A program made the translations under genes and the position numbers. Under the pieces are notes generated by a model, which saw only the letters and a program-made list of their open reading frames with translations, ran no database searches and was not told the DNA's origin. This document shows positions 12,760 to 27,004 of a stretch of 53,622 bases of DNA, one piece after another. Every line of letters starts with the position of its first letter. Position 1 is the first letter of the stretch. The DNA comes from Paramecium tetraurelia. Its lineage: Eukaryota. The stretch is taken from contig CT868655.1 of assembly GCA_000165425.1 (NCBI GenBank), positions 310,001-363,622 of the forward strand. The letters are read 5' to 3'.

Positions 12760-13751
12760 AATTGATTATTTTATAAATAAGAGTTTACTAAATATAAATT
12801 ATAATTATTATCTGCTTAAAGCTGAAATTATAATGGTTAGAATAATGTTAAATATGTCTTCTAAGAATTTATTTCTTAATAGTCAATTGTTAATTTATTG
12901 AATGATGACTGGCCTTTATTAGACAAACTGAATTATTTTATAAAATTTAAAATCAAATAACAATTAATTAAACAAAAGTTTTTAATTGATTTCAATACAA
13001 GTGCTTGTAATTTGGCTACATTGATTTATTTTAAACTCGGCTACCATTTTTGATATGTTATTTCAAATTTTTTTAAAATCATATTTATTCTAAATCTTTT
13101 ATTTCTTTTAATTAAATTATATAAAGAAGGAAATTATTAATTATTTAATTTCAATCACAAAAAATTGATCTACATTTACTTATGTCAAACCTCTCATGAA
13201 ACCAATTTATTGCTTACTCAATTTCTTGTTTGCTTATCCATTTATCCTCATTATAAATAATATTATTTTTTTAATTGGCGAATTAAGTTAATATTTAAAT
13301 TTTTAAATTTTCCTCATTTAATTAACACCATTTTATATATATTCTTTAATTTTGACGGATTTAACATATTAAATAATCAGAATTCAGATTCTCGTTCTAA
13401 AAATATTTCTATTTTCATTATATTTGCTTCTATTTTGTGAGAGGAATTGCATTTCAGCTATTCAAACCGAGCATCCAAATTATTTAGTCATCTTCTTATT
13501 GTTAATAGACATTGTGATTAAATTTTAGCGGCTCAAATAGTTACATAAAAATAGGTTTGATACTGTTTAATCGGATCAGAGACAGATAATTATATGAAAT
13601 AATGTGAACATTTGTAATGGACATTCATAATATATTTGTTTTTTGAATATATAATAATCTAAGGGTTTGTTGATGTAGTATATTATTGAATTAAATCTAA
13701 TACTATTCTCAATGAAAATTATCATTATCATCTCTTTTTAAATTACCATAA

Positions 13752-13988
13752 TCAGTCATGATGTTGAAATTTATGATCAAGAAAATACTTCCATTGTAGT
13801 AATTCATCTGTTATTTCTTAAATACTTCCTTTTCTTAACTTTCTTTTATCGTTAGCTTTGTTTAAGTGTGGTGTTTATCTAGACTACTTAATTTTGGGTA
13901 ACATAAGTGGACTGTGCTCTTCCTCGACTGGACTATTGTCACCACTCATAATAAATTAGTTTATGGCTTTAAATGGAAACACTTGCAT
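13752..13988 (-). CDS. Small hypothetical protein (78 aa)
   Basis: MQVFPFKAINQFIMSGDNSPVEEEHSPLMLPKIKQSRQ...ELLQWKYFLDHKFQHHD*; locally higher GC than flanks. Confidence 0.45.
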
Positions 13989-14688
13989 GTTAAAATAATA
14001 TTCCAAAAGTAAATAAAGCAATTAAAATGAATACTATAAATTATGTTATCCATTTGAATAAAAATATGAGAATTGATCAAAATTATAAAAATGATTTTAA
14101 AATTCCCAAATACAATATTTTAATGTATTAATATATAAATTCATTCGGAACATTATAAAATAAATTTTTTTGCAAATCTATTCGTTATTTGTAATTGCGA
14201 TAACTATTCAATTTATTCCCTTGTCTATCAAGGAGATCCTGATAGACAACAATAATTAAAACGTTTTATTGTGAATTACTCTTCTCACTTAGATTCTTGG
14301 ATTGCCGCTTATTTCAATTTGTAATAAAATTAAATTTGGATAGGATATATTGGTATAAACAGTAAATATGTTTTACCTTATTGTAAGCGATTTATAAAAT
14401 AATAAACAATACCAGAAAATACAATATCAAATAATAATACACTTATAATTATTATTGAGTTGACGAAAATTAAAATAAATGGAACTTGAATGTCACAGAA
14501 TTGCTGCTTTTCCTCTAGTACTCCTACTATTACTGACAAGAGCTTAACTTTACAAATATAGATTAATAATATTCACAATAGTCAACATTCATCATTGCAA
14601 GAATATATATGTATAGTTGAATTCTGATTATAATAATTTTACTAATTTTTTAAATTAATTGCTAATATTATTATTATGTTTTCTTTCA

Positions 14689-15494
14689 TCAGACAGGTGG
14701 CTTTATCCCTGAAACAGACTATCTCACAGTTGAACCCGATGTTTTCACAACTGATTTGGTGACTGTTGTTGATGAAGTCACAATCTAAATTAAAAAAAGA
14801 TTGTAATACCTTCTGTTTCTTCAATGCCTCTAATTCTATTTCTGCATTCATTAATTTCTCTTGAGTTTCATTGTAATCATGATTTATTTCTTAAAACTTT
14901 CTCTTCCATACTTCTGCTTCATTGTTGACTTCAGTAATTCTTTATGTCACTGTTTCGCTTTGAGTTTGCTGAATCAATAATCTCAACCTTTCATTTTCAT
15001 CTTCCAATTCATGAACCTACACCTATAAGAATTGCTAATACTCTTGTATTGTCCATTTACTTAACAACTTCTACAGTCTTTTTCTTTTCCAATTCGGCAA
15101 TCAATTTTTATAAATACAACACTTCATCTCTCCATGGAGCCTCAATTTCTTCTCTGGACACAACTCCCAATCTCACTACTGCCTATTATTAGGGTGGACA
15201 GCAAGATTAAGCATTTGATCCGCACTATATGTTCGATCCACAACCTCCAAGTTATATTGATTGTCCAGGATTGAATGCTGTTTACATTTGATAATGTGTA
15301 GATAGCACTTTGCTTTAGTACGAATTTTGTTTGCCTTTTTTATGCCAAAATTAATAAGCATCAGGTCTCTCTGATTTCAAGTAGGTTGTGGTCTAGGTCT
15401 AATTATAGAAATTTACATATTGAGTCTAAGGAAGAGTAACTTACTTTCTTTCCTAAACAGTGGATTCTTAACGAAATGTTGTAAAATTACTCAT
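14689..15494 (-). CDS. Coiled-coil protein, probably cortical/cytoskeletal
   Basis: Cys/Gln-rich head (GGCGSNIQCGSNAQSCCPPQQQ), VSREEIEAPWRDEV, heptad E/K/Q-rich rod, Ser/Thr-rich tail; at least two 25-nt introns. Confidence 0.8.
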
Positions 15495-16432
15495 ATCTTT
15501 AATATATAAATTCTATAATTAAATATGAATAAAGCAGAATCAGATTGAATATTCTCTTTAGAGGAGGTAAAATTTATTGCATTAAGTCTGTATAATGATT
15601 AGAATTACTGTAACCAATGGATGTTTATAAACGTAAAATTAAAAGCAAAATACAAATGTGTCTTATTTGCAAACAATAACTAGACTATAATTCTAAAGAA
15701 AATATTAGTTTTCAATGGGCGGAATAACAATTAAATAACAATACTTAAATAGTTTATTCATTATCAAGTTAATTATATCGCTTCTTGTTAAGAAATAAAG
15801 GATATCTATTAATTTTAAACGACGCCTAAATTTCAATATATTATTTCTTTCTTGCTGAATGATATGTATTTACATAATACTAATAATATAGTTACGAAGA
15901 GTGAGAATGCACTTTATATTAAAAATTTTTTAAAATTAAGTACAAATTTAAGAATAAATAAATGAACATGATGATTATATTTTGCTGGATTCTTAAAGTA
16001 ATATTACAATGATAAATCAAGAGATAAATAGGAATCACTATGATATGTTAATTTTAGCAATTTTACACTAGATCACTAGGTGAAAATTAAACCTTAGATA
16101 TATTTAAAATAAAGATTATAATCTATCAACAATTAATAGTTTACTGACATAATTCCTCTAGAGCACAAAACTTAAAAAGGGAATAATAGCAAATGAATAA
16201 AAAGGATTTTAATGAATTTTACGAATTGTATTTTATTATAAAAACAATAAATTATTCTATTGGATGCTAAACAAAAAGTAGTAATTAGATTGAGCATAAG
16301 ATTAATAAAACAACGATATGAAAGAAGTGATGAGAATAAAGAAGAAAGTCAGATAATAGGATAAATATCTGTTGTGTTATGTTGATGTAAAAAACTGTGT
16401 TGTGACTGATAATTTAATATCATTATGATAAC

Positions 16433-17741
16433 TCATTTTGCTAAATTGGTTTTTAATACTTCTGCTACTTTCTAGATGAATTCTAAAGTATTCAAGTATT
16501 AATCTCTTGGGACACTAAAAGATAGAAATATTGATGTACTTCATTGTATTATGAACACAAATGGCCAAATCCTTAGTCATGAATCCTTTTTCGACTGCTT
16601 CAATTATACTTGCTTCAAGTGTATTGCAAAATCTTTCTAATTCTTTATTGTTATCTAATTTGGCTCTATGTAATAACCCTCTTGTCCAAGCATAGATACT
16701 GGCAATCGAATTAGTTGAAGTTTCCTTGCCTTATTAATGTAATCTATAATGTCTAGTAACAGTTCCATGTGCAGCTTCAGCTTCAACACATCCATCTGGA
16801 CTAACTAATACACTTGTCATCAAACCAAGTGATCCAAAACCTTATGCCAATGTATCAGATTGAACATCTCCATCATAATTCTTGCAGGCCCAAACAAATC
16901 CACCTTCACTCTTGATCATATATGCAACCATGTCATCAATCAATCTATGTTCATACCAAATCTTCTTAGCATCGAAATCAGCCTTATACTTAGTATCATA
17001 TAAGTGTTAGAAGATGTCTTTGAATCTTCCATCATAAACTTTAAGAATAGTATTCTTGGTTGATAAATAAAGGGGATATCCTAGTTCAATTGCATGTTAG
17101 AAGCAAGCATGAGCAAATGCTGTTATTGATTCATCAGTATTATACATGGCCATAGCAACACCTCCTGTGCCTTAGAAATCGAACACTTCAACTCTTTATG
17201 GTTCACTTCCATCTTTTGGTGTGAATAACACTTCAAATTTTCCTTCCTTTTAGAAACGGAGATCTGTAGCCTTATATTAGTCACCAAATGCATGACGACC
17301 AATAATTATTGGCTTAGTCCATCCTGGGACAAGTCTAGGAATATTCTTAATCAAAATAGGTTCTCTGAACACTGTTCCATTGAGGATGTTTCTAATAGTA
17401 CCATTTGGAGACTTCCACATATATTTAAGGTTGAATTCCTTCACTCTTGCCTCGTCTGGAGTACTAAGAGAATTAATATAAATCCATACATTGTAGCGCA
17501 CTTGATGCCTACTTTGCACTCTTGAATTGCCTTTGCACATTCAACAGTGACCTTGTCATCAGTCTGGTCTCTATTCTCCATTCCCAAATCGTAATATTTG
17601 ATTGGAATATCCAAAAAAGGAGTGATGAGATATTCTTTAATCCAAGCCCAAATAACCTTTCATATATATTTAAATTACTCTAGTCATTTCGTCTCCATCC
17701 ATCTCTACAACTGGGTTATCAACCTTGATTTTTGCGTCCAT
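16433..17741 (-). CDS. IDH: NADP-dependent isocitrate dehydrogenase, no obvious mitochondrial presequence
   Basis: [72 protein letters not shown]; three short introns. Confidence 0.97.
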
Positions 17742-18269
17742 TACTAATAATTTTAATATTATGATGCGAAATTTGATGAGACTTTATGAATGACGATTAT
17801 AAAATTGTTTAATAAGATATTTTCGATTAATTAAATATAAATGAATTATATATTAAATTTCAATTACATTCTAATCAAATAGATTAACTTAATCCTAAAA
17901 CTCTTCATTTCAATACTAAAATGACCATCTATATCCTCTCATTGAATTTTTCAAAGTCTATTATAATTTATATTTGATAAAATAACATAGATCATAATAT
18001 ACGTATTTTCAAAAAGAATAAATAAATAAATTTCCATCTATTAAATAAAGCATTGATACTATTTTAAAATAATTAAATTGAATAAATCATATTAGATTGA
18101 CAATAAATTAGTGTAATTGTCTATTTTAATAGAATAATTAAAAATCTTTTCAGGAAATTAAATCTTAAGAATTAATTAAGAGTTTAACAGGAGAAATACT
18201 GTGTTTATATAACTTAGTATTACTTTTTAGAATTAATTTCATAATTTAACGAATTATAAAATTAAGTTA

Positions 18270-19057
18270 ATGTTAAATTCAAAATTTACTGTGAAAAGAG
18301 AACCATTAAAGGAAAGGTTTCTTTAAATAACAAACAAATTAAATAATCTTGATATTAAACAGGGGACAAGTAAAGCTCATCGAATTGATAAGCTAAATGA
18401 GAGAAGCTACAAAATAGATGAAAGAATCAGAGCAATCAAAGAAAATTACAATAAATAAGTTTTATAGTTAAAAGAACAAGCCTAAGAGCTCTCTGATTAA
18501 ATTGATTAGGAAAGACAAGAATTCAAATAATAGCATAATTAGTATTCTCAAAAATTATCTAATTTGGAGAAGTCCTCATATAAACAATTATAAATTGAAT
18601 AAAGTGAAAGGGTAGATGGAATTAATTAATTGTAATCTTACATAAATGAAAAGGTAGTGTATTTTAGAATATTTAGATTACATTCATTAAATCAGATTTA
18701 ACAATTGAATCAAAGTTAAGAGAAGAACAAATTGATGAACTCTAAAGAGGATTGGAAAATCAATTACCTAAGATTAATTAATAAATCAAAAGTGAAACAG
18801 AAGATAGAGAAATATTTGATAAGCAGATTTTGAAAAAAAGTAGTGTTGAAATGAATAAATTGTCTAATTAGTTAACTGATATTTCAAGATAGACCTTAGA
18901 ATAAGAAAATGAAATAATTGGAATGTTATAAGACTTAATTATAAGAACTAAAGGAGATTTAAAATAATTGTCTGAAGAAAGACAGGAGAAAGAAGAAGAA
19001 ATAGTTAATTTAATTGAAAAAACTTGTGATAGAATGGTTTAAGCATCATTAATTTGA
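18270..19057 (+). CDS. SF-assemblin/beta-giardin-like striated rootlet protein
   Basis: About 254-aa segmented coiled coil with recurring E..ER motifs and C-terminal EEIVNLIEKTCDRM; one 23-nt intron. Confidence 0.75.
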
Positions 19058-19443
19058 TTATTAATTTTAATTTTTAAGAATTTTAGTAAATACCATTTGT
19101 CAATTTTTTTAATAAACTTTATTTTGATTATTAATTTCCTACTTACTTGATAAAGTTATTAATTATGTTATTATTTAAAGTGATTTGTAAAAATAATGTA
19201 ATATGAATATTTTAAACATCTAAAAATCAAATAGACAAACCTATTGATTTTTAGTTTATTGATAATTAATTGAAATTCTTAATATCTATTTCATTTATCA
19301 TGGCAAGTTGTTTTATTTGATAATTTAATATTAGAGATTTAAAAGGATTTCATTTTCATTAAGTAGAGAATACTCAGAGATTTTTTCATAAATTATATAT
19401 TAGATTTGAAAAAATTCCAGAAATCGTTGAATAATATATTTGT

Positions 19444-22400
19444 TCAAAATGGAAATTAATTTTCTTCAAGTAAATGAAATAAATTATCATCTTCATTATA
19501 TCCAATTTTAACTATTAAATCATGGAAGATCTTTTTCAAAACTTATATTTAATATTAATCAACTACAATTTCTGAGTTATGACCATGCTTAACCAAATGA
19601 AGAATAATATACAATGCGTACAATCCACTATAATCATAATTTAAACTCTAACCAAAACTATTAGCATCATTCACAACTCCAAATTAATAACTAAACCTAC
19701 CCAATTCTTCTCTGGGTTTCTTCAATTTGATTTCGAATTCATATTACAAAAACGAAATCACATTTTTCATATATGGATTCTTCTCTGGATTTATATATTG
19801 AGGATCCTTAATCCTTAAAGACAGTGATGATAGTAAATAGCAATAGCATGTTTTTCGTTTGAGATTGACAAAAACTATTGAATATTCAGTAGGATATTCA
19901 ACGATAGGTACCACTAACCAATCGAAAATATCAAAAATTGTTTCATCTTACCCTGTGTATTCAAATGTAAATTGATTAGCCTCGAAATAATTAATTCTAA
20001 AAGTGGAATGGATTAAATTGAAACATAATGTTTAATAAAATTAAGTTGGAAACAATTTAACATTAGTGCTATAATGATGAAATACATTATTGTTTTTTCG
20101 TTGATGATAGGATTTTTCTTCAAAAAACTTTAGTAAAAAATTAAAGATCAAATTGTTTACTCTACCATCCCTATAAAATTGTTACATCATAGGCACTTCT
20201 AATTTCATTCCATATCTTTTGGCAGCTATATTGCTTTTTATAAAGAATTCAGAAGTTTGCCTTCTGATTGTTGGCAAATTGATTGATTGGTTTTTTAAAG
20301 TGCTTTCTTCTTTTAATTTTGGAAATTCATAATCAACATTTGGAGTACTTACATCCATTTATTCCATTTGTTTTTATACGTAATCCTATCTTCTTAAAAG
20401 GGTATCTTAAAGAGATTCTTCATTTTCTTCTCCTTAAATCATGTCATTAATCATTCTTAAAATTGATTGATCGTCATGTAATATTGTGCTATAATTTTAT
20501 AAGTTAGAGCTGTAAACAACACTTTAAGTATTAGTGCTCTTACTTTATACAGTATCTAAAACTTCATCAATTGTCATCTTTTTGCGTTATTCTAAATATT
20601 TCTTTATTTTCCCATTGAGTCTAAATACTTCTTGTAACTTCTAAATTTCTAAATCTTTATCCACATCGTCATTAATTAATTCATGATAATATTCATTCAG
20701 TTCTTCTTAGATCTTGGCTAATCTATCCTAATTGTCCATATATTGCTATGGATTATCTATTGATTTTTTCTTTTTATTGAATAAATCTGAAAATTCATCT
20801 TCATCATATTCTTCACTTCTCTAAGTTTCAATAATTGGTTCTTATTTATGAAGAGCAGAACTATTTTTTATTGTACCTACTTTGGTTCCAGATTATAAGA
20901 CAGTTTTTTTTCCAGTGAAAGTCCTGGAAGTTGGTTTCGCCAATTAAATTGAAGTCTCACTTGTTTAGGATTTAGGTGACTAATCAGATTAAGGTTTGCT
21001 TTTACTAAATAAAGAAGATTTTTTTGAAATTGGTTCTTACTGTTCAGACTTTTAATCAGAAGCAACAGATTTCTATGGAGAATTCATAGGTGACTATTAC
21101 TAAGCTATTTATGACCTATTTCTAAATGAACTAACAAATGTCTTTTTTTATTAAGGAGTTTATTCTTCTATATTTTTATTAGATTTCTATTGTGGTGTAT
21201 CGTTATTAGTATTAGTGTTATTTCTAAATCTACCAAATCTATTAGCCCCACCTTAAGATGGCGTATTTTAAACTTCATTTTATTGAGATTGTGCTTATGG
21301 AGTTTATGCTATTTAAGGAATAGTTATTTTCCTTTTTGAGGCTATTTATATTGATTTTTAACTTGAAACAACAGTTTATTACATCTTAATTAAAGCCCAA
21401 ACCAGCTTTTATCTCAGTTATCTTTTCTCTGAAAAACCAAATTTTATTTTATCAGGTAGAATCGCTTAAGTATATTACCAAAGCCAATTTATAACATACT
21501 CAGTTCCATCTGTACTATCTGTATAACTTTAGAGTATATAATTTGGCGTTGGGTTACTGTATGTTACTAAAGATGATATCACTTTATCAAAGGAATTTTT
21601 CAATTCATCTTTAGTAACATTTTTATTTTGAAGATCTATGATGTCCAAAGTCTTTTAAATCATGTGATAGATGGCAAACACCCATCTTGTATTTTTGATA
21701 TACTACAAAATAATCAATCTTTGATTTTCAGCACCTTATCTTCTCCTTGGTTTAAAGATTACTTCGAATTCTTCGCAGATTTCATCTCCATTTGCTACTA
21801 CAAAAAAAGGAATTAGAGGTGTTTTACTCTGTAAGTCAAAATAATATAGATATGATAACCAAAAAGCTATCATATGAGGCTTTGATTTTCCAGACTTTTA
21901 TAATAATTCAAAATCAGCCTATTAAACTTCAATACCTGTCCAATATCCGGTTAGAAATGGCTCTAGATTAGTATTCTAATATTATTTAATTTCATTTTCA
22001 TTCCATTAAACTAATGCTGGCAATAAAGGGTAATCAACATGTTATGATTTTTCACCTCTAAAAAATAACCATAGCAATTGACTTTTCAATTTTACCTTAT
22101 CATTTGGCTACAATTTAACAAATGATTGCCCTTTAACTATTGTTTAATACAGATAATTTATGATGTACATCCCTCCATCTGTTGTTTTATCTTCCTAATA
22201 TACATAATTCACTGTCTTGAATGACACCTTAGCCAACCCTGTTTTTTTTAATAACTGCTCATATGCTTTTTTTAAGTCATCCTTCGTCTTATTTTTCTAG
22301 AGATCCACGATATCTAAAATAGTTGTTTTTAAATTATAAATTCCAGTCACCCATCTGTCATTCCAATAGAATATAAGAATGTAGTTAATAGGATCTCCCT

Positions 22401-22719
22401 TTTACTGATTTTTTCTTAATAAAGGATTCAATTATTCTACAAGATCTAACATTTGTCTTTAATAGGCTAAGTAATACTAATGGACTGTTTTAGAACGCTT
22501 TTAAAGGTAATTGATAAAGTAGATCATGCTTTTAAAATTCATTTTTCCATCATTGGTCAATTTTAACACATCATCATAAGTAATGTGCACACCCAATACT
22601 AAATCATCAATGTACATAATTTCGTCTGGTGCTGTTGTCAATTATTAGGCTGATTCTGAAAAATTTTCATATAAATCATTGAATTCCTCATCTTCAAATT
22701 CACTTAAAGAAATATTCAT
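19444..22719 (-). CDS. 1091-aa intronless protein with three degenerate Ulp1/SENP (C48 peptidase)-like domains
   Basis: All codons checked: no TGA from ATG 22719 to the stop at 19444-19446. Internal repeat YWNDRWVTGIYNLKTTILDIVDLQ vs YIKNTRWVFAIYHMIQKTLDIIDLQ; third domain has FPTQFYQTL and IFDIFDWLVVPIV. The family assignment is by eye. Confidence 0.85.
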
Positions 22720-23367
22720 TTAAAATTATAAAAATCATAATGGAATTCCCACTCTTAACCAAAATTCACATAATACAATGCAAAGATCTCCAAAAATGAC
22801 ACCAATACAAGTCTTAGGAGTTTAAAATAAATAAGATGGTTATCAAGTTCTAAACTCAAATACCTATTAAAATAACACAAAAAATATATATAGATCAGTC
22901 TTAAATACTTTATTCATTCTAATTCATAATGAGCTGAGTAAATATTCATCATTGTGATAAATAAGAGAAATTTTCAATTTTTACTATTACAATTATAATT
23001 TAAATAATTATGGGTTTTGAGGACAATCTAAAAATTCAAAGCTTGCTCGAATTTCTCATAACTCCATTTATTGCTCTCAAAGATAAGTACATTTTAGTAA
23101 GTTATGTTTTGATGGTTTGGTTCTTTATGGCAATTTGAAACACTAAATTTTATTGATGGTCAATAAGCACACTAATATATTATCGTTATGAATTTTATGA
23201 GATATTAAAATGATAAATTTGAGTAATGGAAAAATTATGATTGTAAGAATAATTACATATTATATCACTGAAATTAATTGGTTTATTAATATTTATGGGT
23301 TTGTTTAATAATTGCATGTATAAATGTGAGTATTTTTAGATTTTGTTTATTTAATAAAAATATTGTA

Positions 23368-23685
23368 ATGATATCTGAGTTTGATTTTAACTATTATCCA
23401 CTCCAATTATACGATTTACAGATACCATTGACATCATAATTGCAATTCGAAAATTTCAATGAAAATGATGTTTCGGCAAGAAAGTTAAGAGTTAGCTCTC
23501 AATGTTTAATTTTAAAAAAGTATGAGATATTGTTATAAACTTCTAGAAAAATAAGACGTAAGCAAAAAAGACCTTCACTCTTAAAAATTGATGAAACCGC
23601 TAGAAATGTGAAAATCTACAATTTGGGTCCTAGCCAAACAAACTTAGAGTGTACAAATGATGAGTAAAAATAAATTAACGACTGA
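23368..23685 (+). CDS. Small hypothetical protein (105 aa)
   Basis: MISEFDFNYYPLQLYDLQIP...KKYEILLQTSRKIRRKQKRPSLLKIDE...IND*; ATG to TGA in one frame. Confidence 0.55.
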
Positions 23686-23828
23686 GAACCATTACTAAAA
23701 TTAGAACATCCTTGATCTTGATTAATTTATATATTATGTTATACTTCATAGATTGAGATCATTTATATAAGATTTGATAATAAAATAATACTAAAATGAA
23801 CTTAATATATAAATATTATTACAAAAAA

Positions 23829-25687
23829 ATGAATTAATAAAACATTATCGAATTCTTTCCACACTTACATGAACACTTTTAATCCATCCTTTTCAATTTG
23901 TACAGAAATGAAACCTTACAAAAGTATCATAGCATCGTTCAACAAATAAAAACTAAGTTTCCATTACCAGAATAAATGCCTTAATTTATCTATCCAAATG
24001 TTGAATAACTCACGGAGTTCTTTCTTCAAAACTATTAACCAATCATTTTGGATTTAGCTTCTCTCTATTAGAAGCCGAATGTGAAAATAAAGTTATTTAA
24101 GAATGCTGTGTATTTTGGAGAGATATATCAAGAAATGAGATAAGGACAAGGTGTTCTTATTAAAGAGAACAATCAAATTTATGAAGGGTATTTTGCAAAT
24201 GATAAAAAAGATGGAATTGGCTTTGAAATATTAAAAGGAGATACATTTTATCATGGGCATTACGTTTAGGGATTTCCTCATGGGGAAGGTGTATATAAAT
24301 CTCTATCTCATTCATATATTGGTTAATGGCAACATGGAAAGAAGGTAACTAATATCAAAATATAATAAGAGTGGAACTGGGTGGTGTGTTGGAAATAAGA
24401 ATGATTATTTTTTAGGGACTTGGGAGAATGGAAAGTTTTATGGATTCGGTTTACACATTCATGATTCAATGTACGAATTATATATCATTTTAAATAGATA
24501 TTTTGGTGAAGTCATCAATGATTTAAAATATGGCTATGGAGAAGAATACTTTCCTGAAGGTGACATCTACAAGGGATAGTATAAGAATGGACTACCAAAT
24601 GGTAAGGGTAAATATCTTTGGAAGAATGGAAATTCATATTCTGGAGAATTTCAAAATGGTTTGAGATGGGGAGAAGGATTTTGGGAGTAAAAAACCGAAA
24701 AAGGCATTCAATTCTATAAAGGCCAATATGTAAATGACAAGAAAAATGGTCACGGCCATTTTCATTATTCTAATGGTACTGAGTATATAGGTGAATTTAA
24801 TGATGATCAAAGACAAGGATTTGGAGAAATCATTTGGCCAGAAAAGGCTACTTATAAAGGTTATTGGAAACAAGGTTTAATGGAAGGAGAAGGAATTTAT
24901 TCTCATGAAAACAATAAGCTACAAGGCATTTGGAAATAAAATTAACTAATTTCTTAAGAGAAAGTTCGAGTCTCTCTAAATCAATTCCCTTTGGTAAATC
25001 AATTGAAAGACATTGTAGAAGATGAAGAAATACAATCCCAGATTGCTGAGGAACCTGATCATGAAAAAATTGGTGATATTTTCAAGAAGATCACTCTTTA
25101 AAGCAAGACAAGTTTATGCATTTCTGACACCTCAAAATTACCTTAACTTGCATCGATTTAAAAATAATAAGATATAATTATTTGTGGTCAGCCCAGTTCA
25201 TATCCCACTTAAAGAACTAACTAAACTTCCTCGATTGGTATTTAGACTGAAAGTAATTAAACAAAAAAAAAATTACTCACTGAGTTGCCTTATATATCTA
25301 CAAAAAGAAAGCATGCTTTATCAAGCTATAGAATTGATAGTAAAACTAAGATTACTAAAAAGAATTTGAGTGAATCAGTTACAAATACTAATTCCCCTAA
25401 TACAAGAGAAAGCGAGTTTAAAAATAATGTCATTCATTAATCATAAGAAAAGAAATCACGTAAAGTCAAATAAAGGTTATCTTTACTATCAAAAGTTGAA
25501 GAAAAAGTATTAAAAATAAGACTTGAGAAATAAAAGTTGAGTCCCTATAAGTTTGAAAAATTATGGAGTAAAAAAGTACACTAATGATCCCTTATTATTT
25601 TAGGTTGTTAATTAAGCTAGATCTTTGATATATCCACCTGTATGGGTCCCTCCTTCTTTACATCCATAAATCTGTAGAAAGATTTGA
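23829..25687 (+). CDS. MORN-repeat protein
   Basis: Many Y.G.[FW]..G...G.G repeats (YEGYFANDKKDGIG, YKGQYKNGLPNGKG, YIGEFNDDQRQGFG); short introns; C-terminal LIYPPVWVPPS. Confidence 0.9.
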
Positions 25688-25765
25688 AAACAAAAATTGA
25701 TTGTTTTTTGTAAATAATTTTCCTAATATAATTTAAAACAATAATAATTAATTCATTAATTTGGA

Positions 25766-26811
25766 TCATTGGTGTTGAGTTGACGATGATCTGAATTATT
25801 AATCTAATTATAATCTCATATTATTTACTGTTGCTATGCAATAATTGATTATTATATTATTGCATTTAAATATTGTCACCATTCCCGTTATAAATTGGAA
25901 TGGATGCATGATCTTTAAGTAACAAACTTTCATTATGATGATTTTTAGGCCACAATATTCCATCACCTACTGGTCTTCCTCCTTCCATTTATATTGGCAG
26001 GAACCATGACAATTTACTCATTCCAAATACTTGTACCCAATTATAATATGGCTTTAAATCATATTAATTAAAATCATCATTTTGCTATCCTGTCTCTTCA
26101 TTTCTTTTCTTTTCTAAGTTTTCTATTGTGGTTCTATTACTTAATACCAATTCTAAATGAAATTTAAAAAACATAGTTATTAAACATGATGCTAAACAAC
26201 TAATTCCAAAGGCACATAATAATAAAAGCCCATCAATAAAATGCAGATCTCCTTCTGACTTTACGAAAAGCATTATATTTTCAAATTCCACATATATTCC
26301 ATACCCTAAACCAATTACAGCGCAATAAGAATCAAGGATAACATAAAATAACATTTGCATAAAAAATTTTCTGTTTTAAAATCCGACACAATTATTTATC
26401 CAAGGACAATGGTGATCCATATTTAACACACATCGATTGCATGCTGAACAATGCTAATTATTTTTTATCAAACTAAAATACATGGCATCTTTCAGGTTTG
26501 AAAATATGACAAACTAAACAAAATTTTCTTTTTTTTTATTCAGGGTCATTCAAGGAAAAATCCCCAATGTTAGGGAACTCTGCCTGGGTCTGTAAACATA
26601 GTTTTAAATAAGCTCCACCCCAATAAAGCTGTTAGTATTGTAAATAGAAGCAAGTAAGGAATTCTATAATTCGAACCTATTTTGAAAAATTAAATTGTTA
26701 TTTACTTCCAATCAAATCTATCCAAACTACTTTTACATTAACTATGTAGACGAACACTATTGAAAAACAAATGAAGTAAATGAAAAATTTATTAAGGTAC
26801 TTCTTAATCAT
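25766..26811 (-). CDS. DHHC palmitoyltransferase (apparent +1 frameshift near 26555)
   Basis: TDPGRVP, FCLVCHIFKPERCH/HCSACNRCVLNMDHHCPWINNCVG, NRTTIE, NWVQVFG..WFLP; three short introns. Confidence 0.92.
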
Positions 26812-27004
26812 TCTTTGATATAAATAATAATATGAAATTCAAATAATATAAATCTCTTATTAGAATTCTTTATATGTATTTTCTCTCTTCCTTTTGCTTT
26901 GAATTCAAAGATCTCCCTTATTTCTTTAATACTTTTTCCTCAAATTGTTTATATATATTTTGTCATATTCATACAAAATATATATAATATTAAAATTTTT
27001 ATAG

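Noticed and set aside
12760..14640. Retained IES or RNA gene in the long AT-rich interval
   Set aside because: No convincing TA-bounded TAYAG inverted ends, tRNA cloverleaf or snoRNA boxes could be identified by eye.
15525..16420. Possible + strand gene between the coiled-coil gene and IDH
   Set aside because: Early TGA and several frame breaks with no recognisable motif; possibly a decayed duplicate but not supportable as a call.
22740..23330. Possible small gene(s) on the + strand
   Set aside because: Short competing frames with early TGA and no recognisable product.
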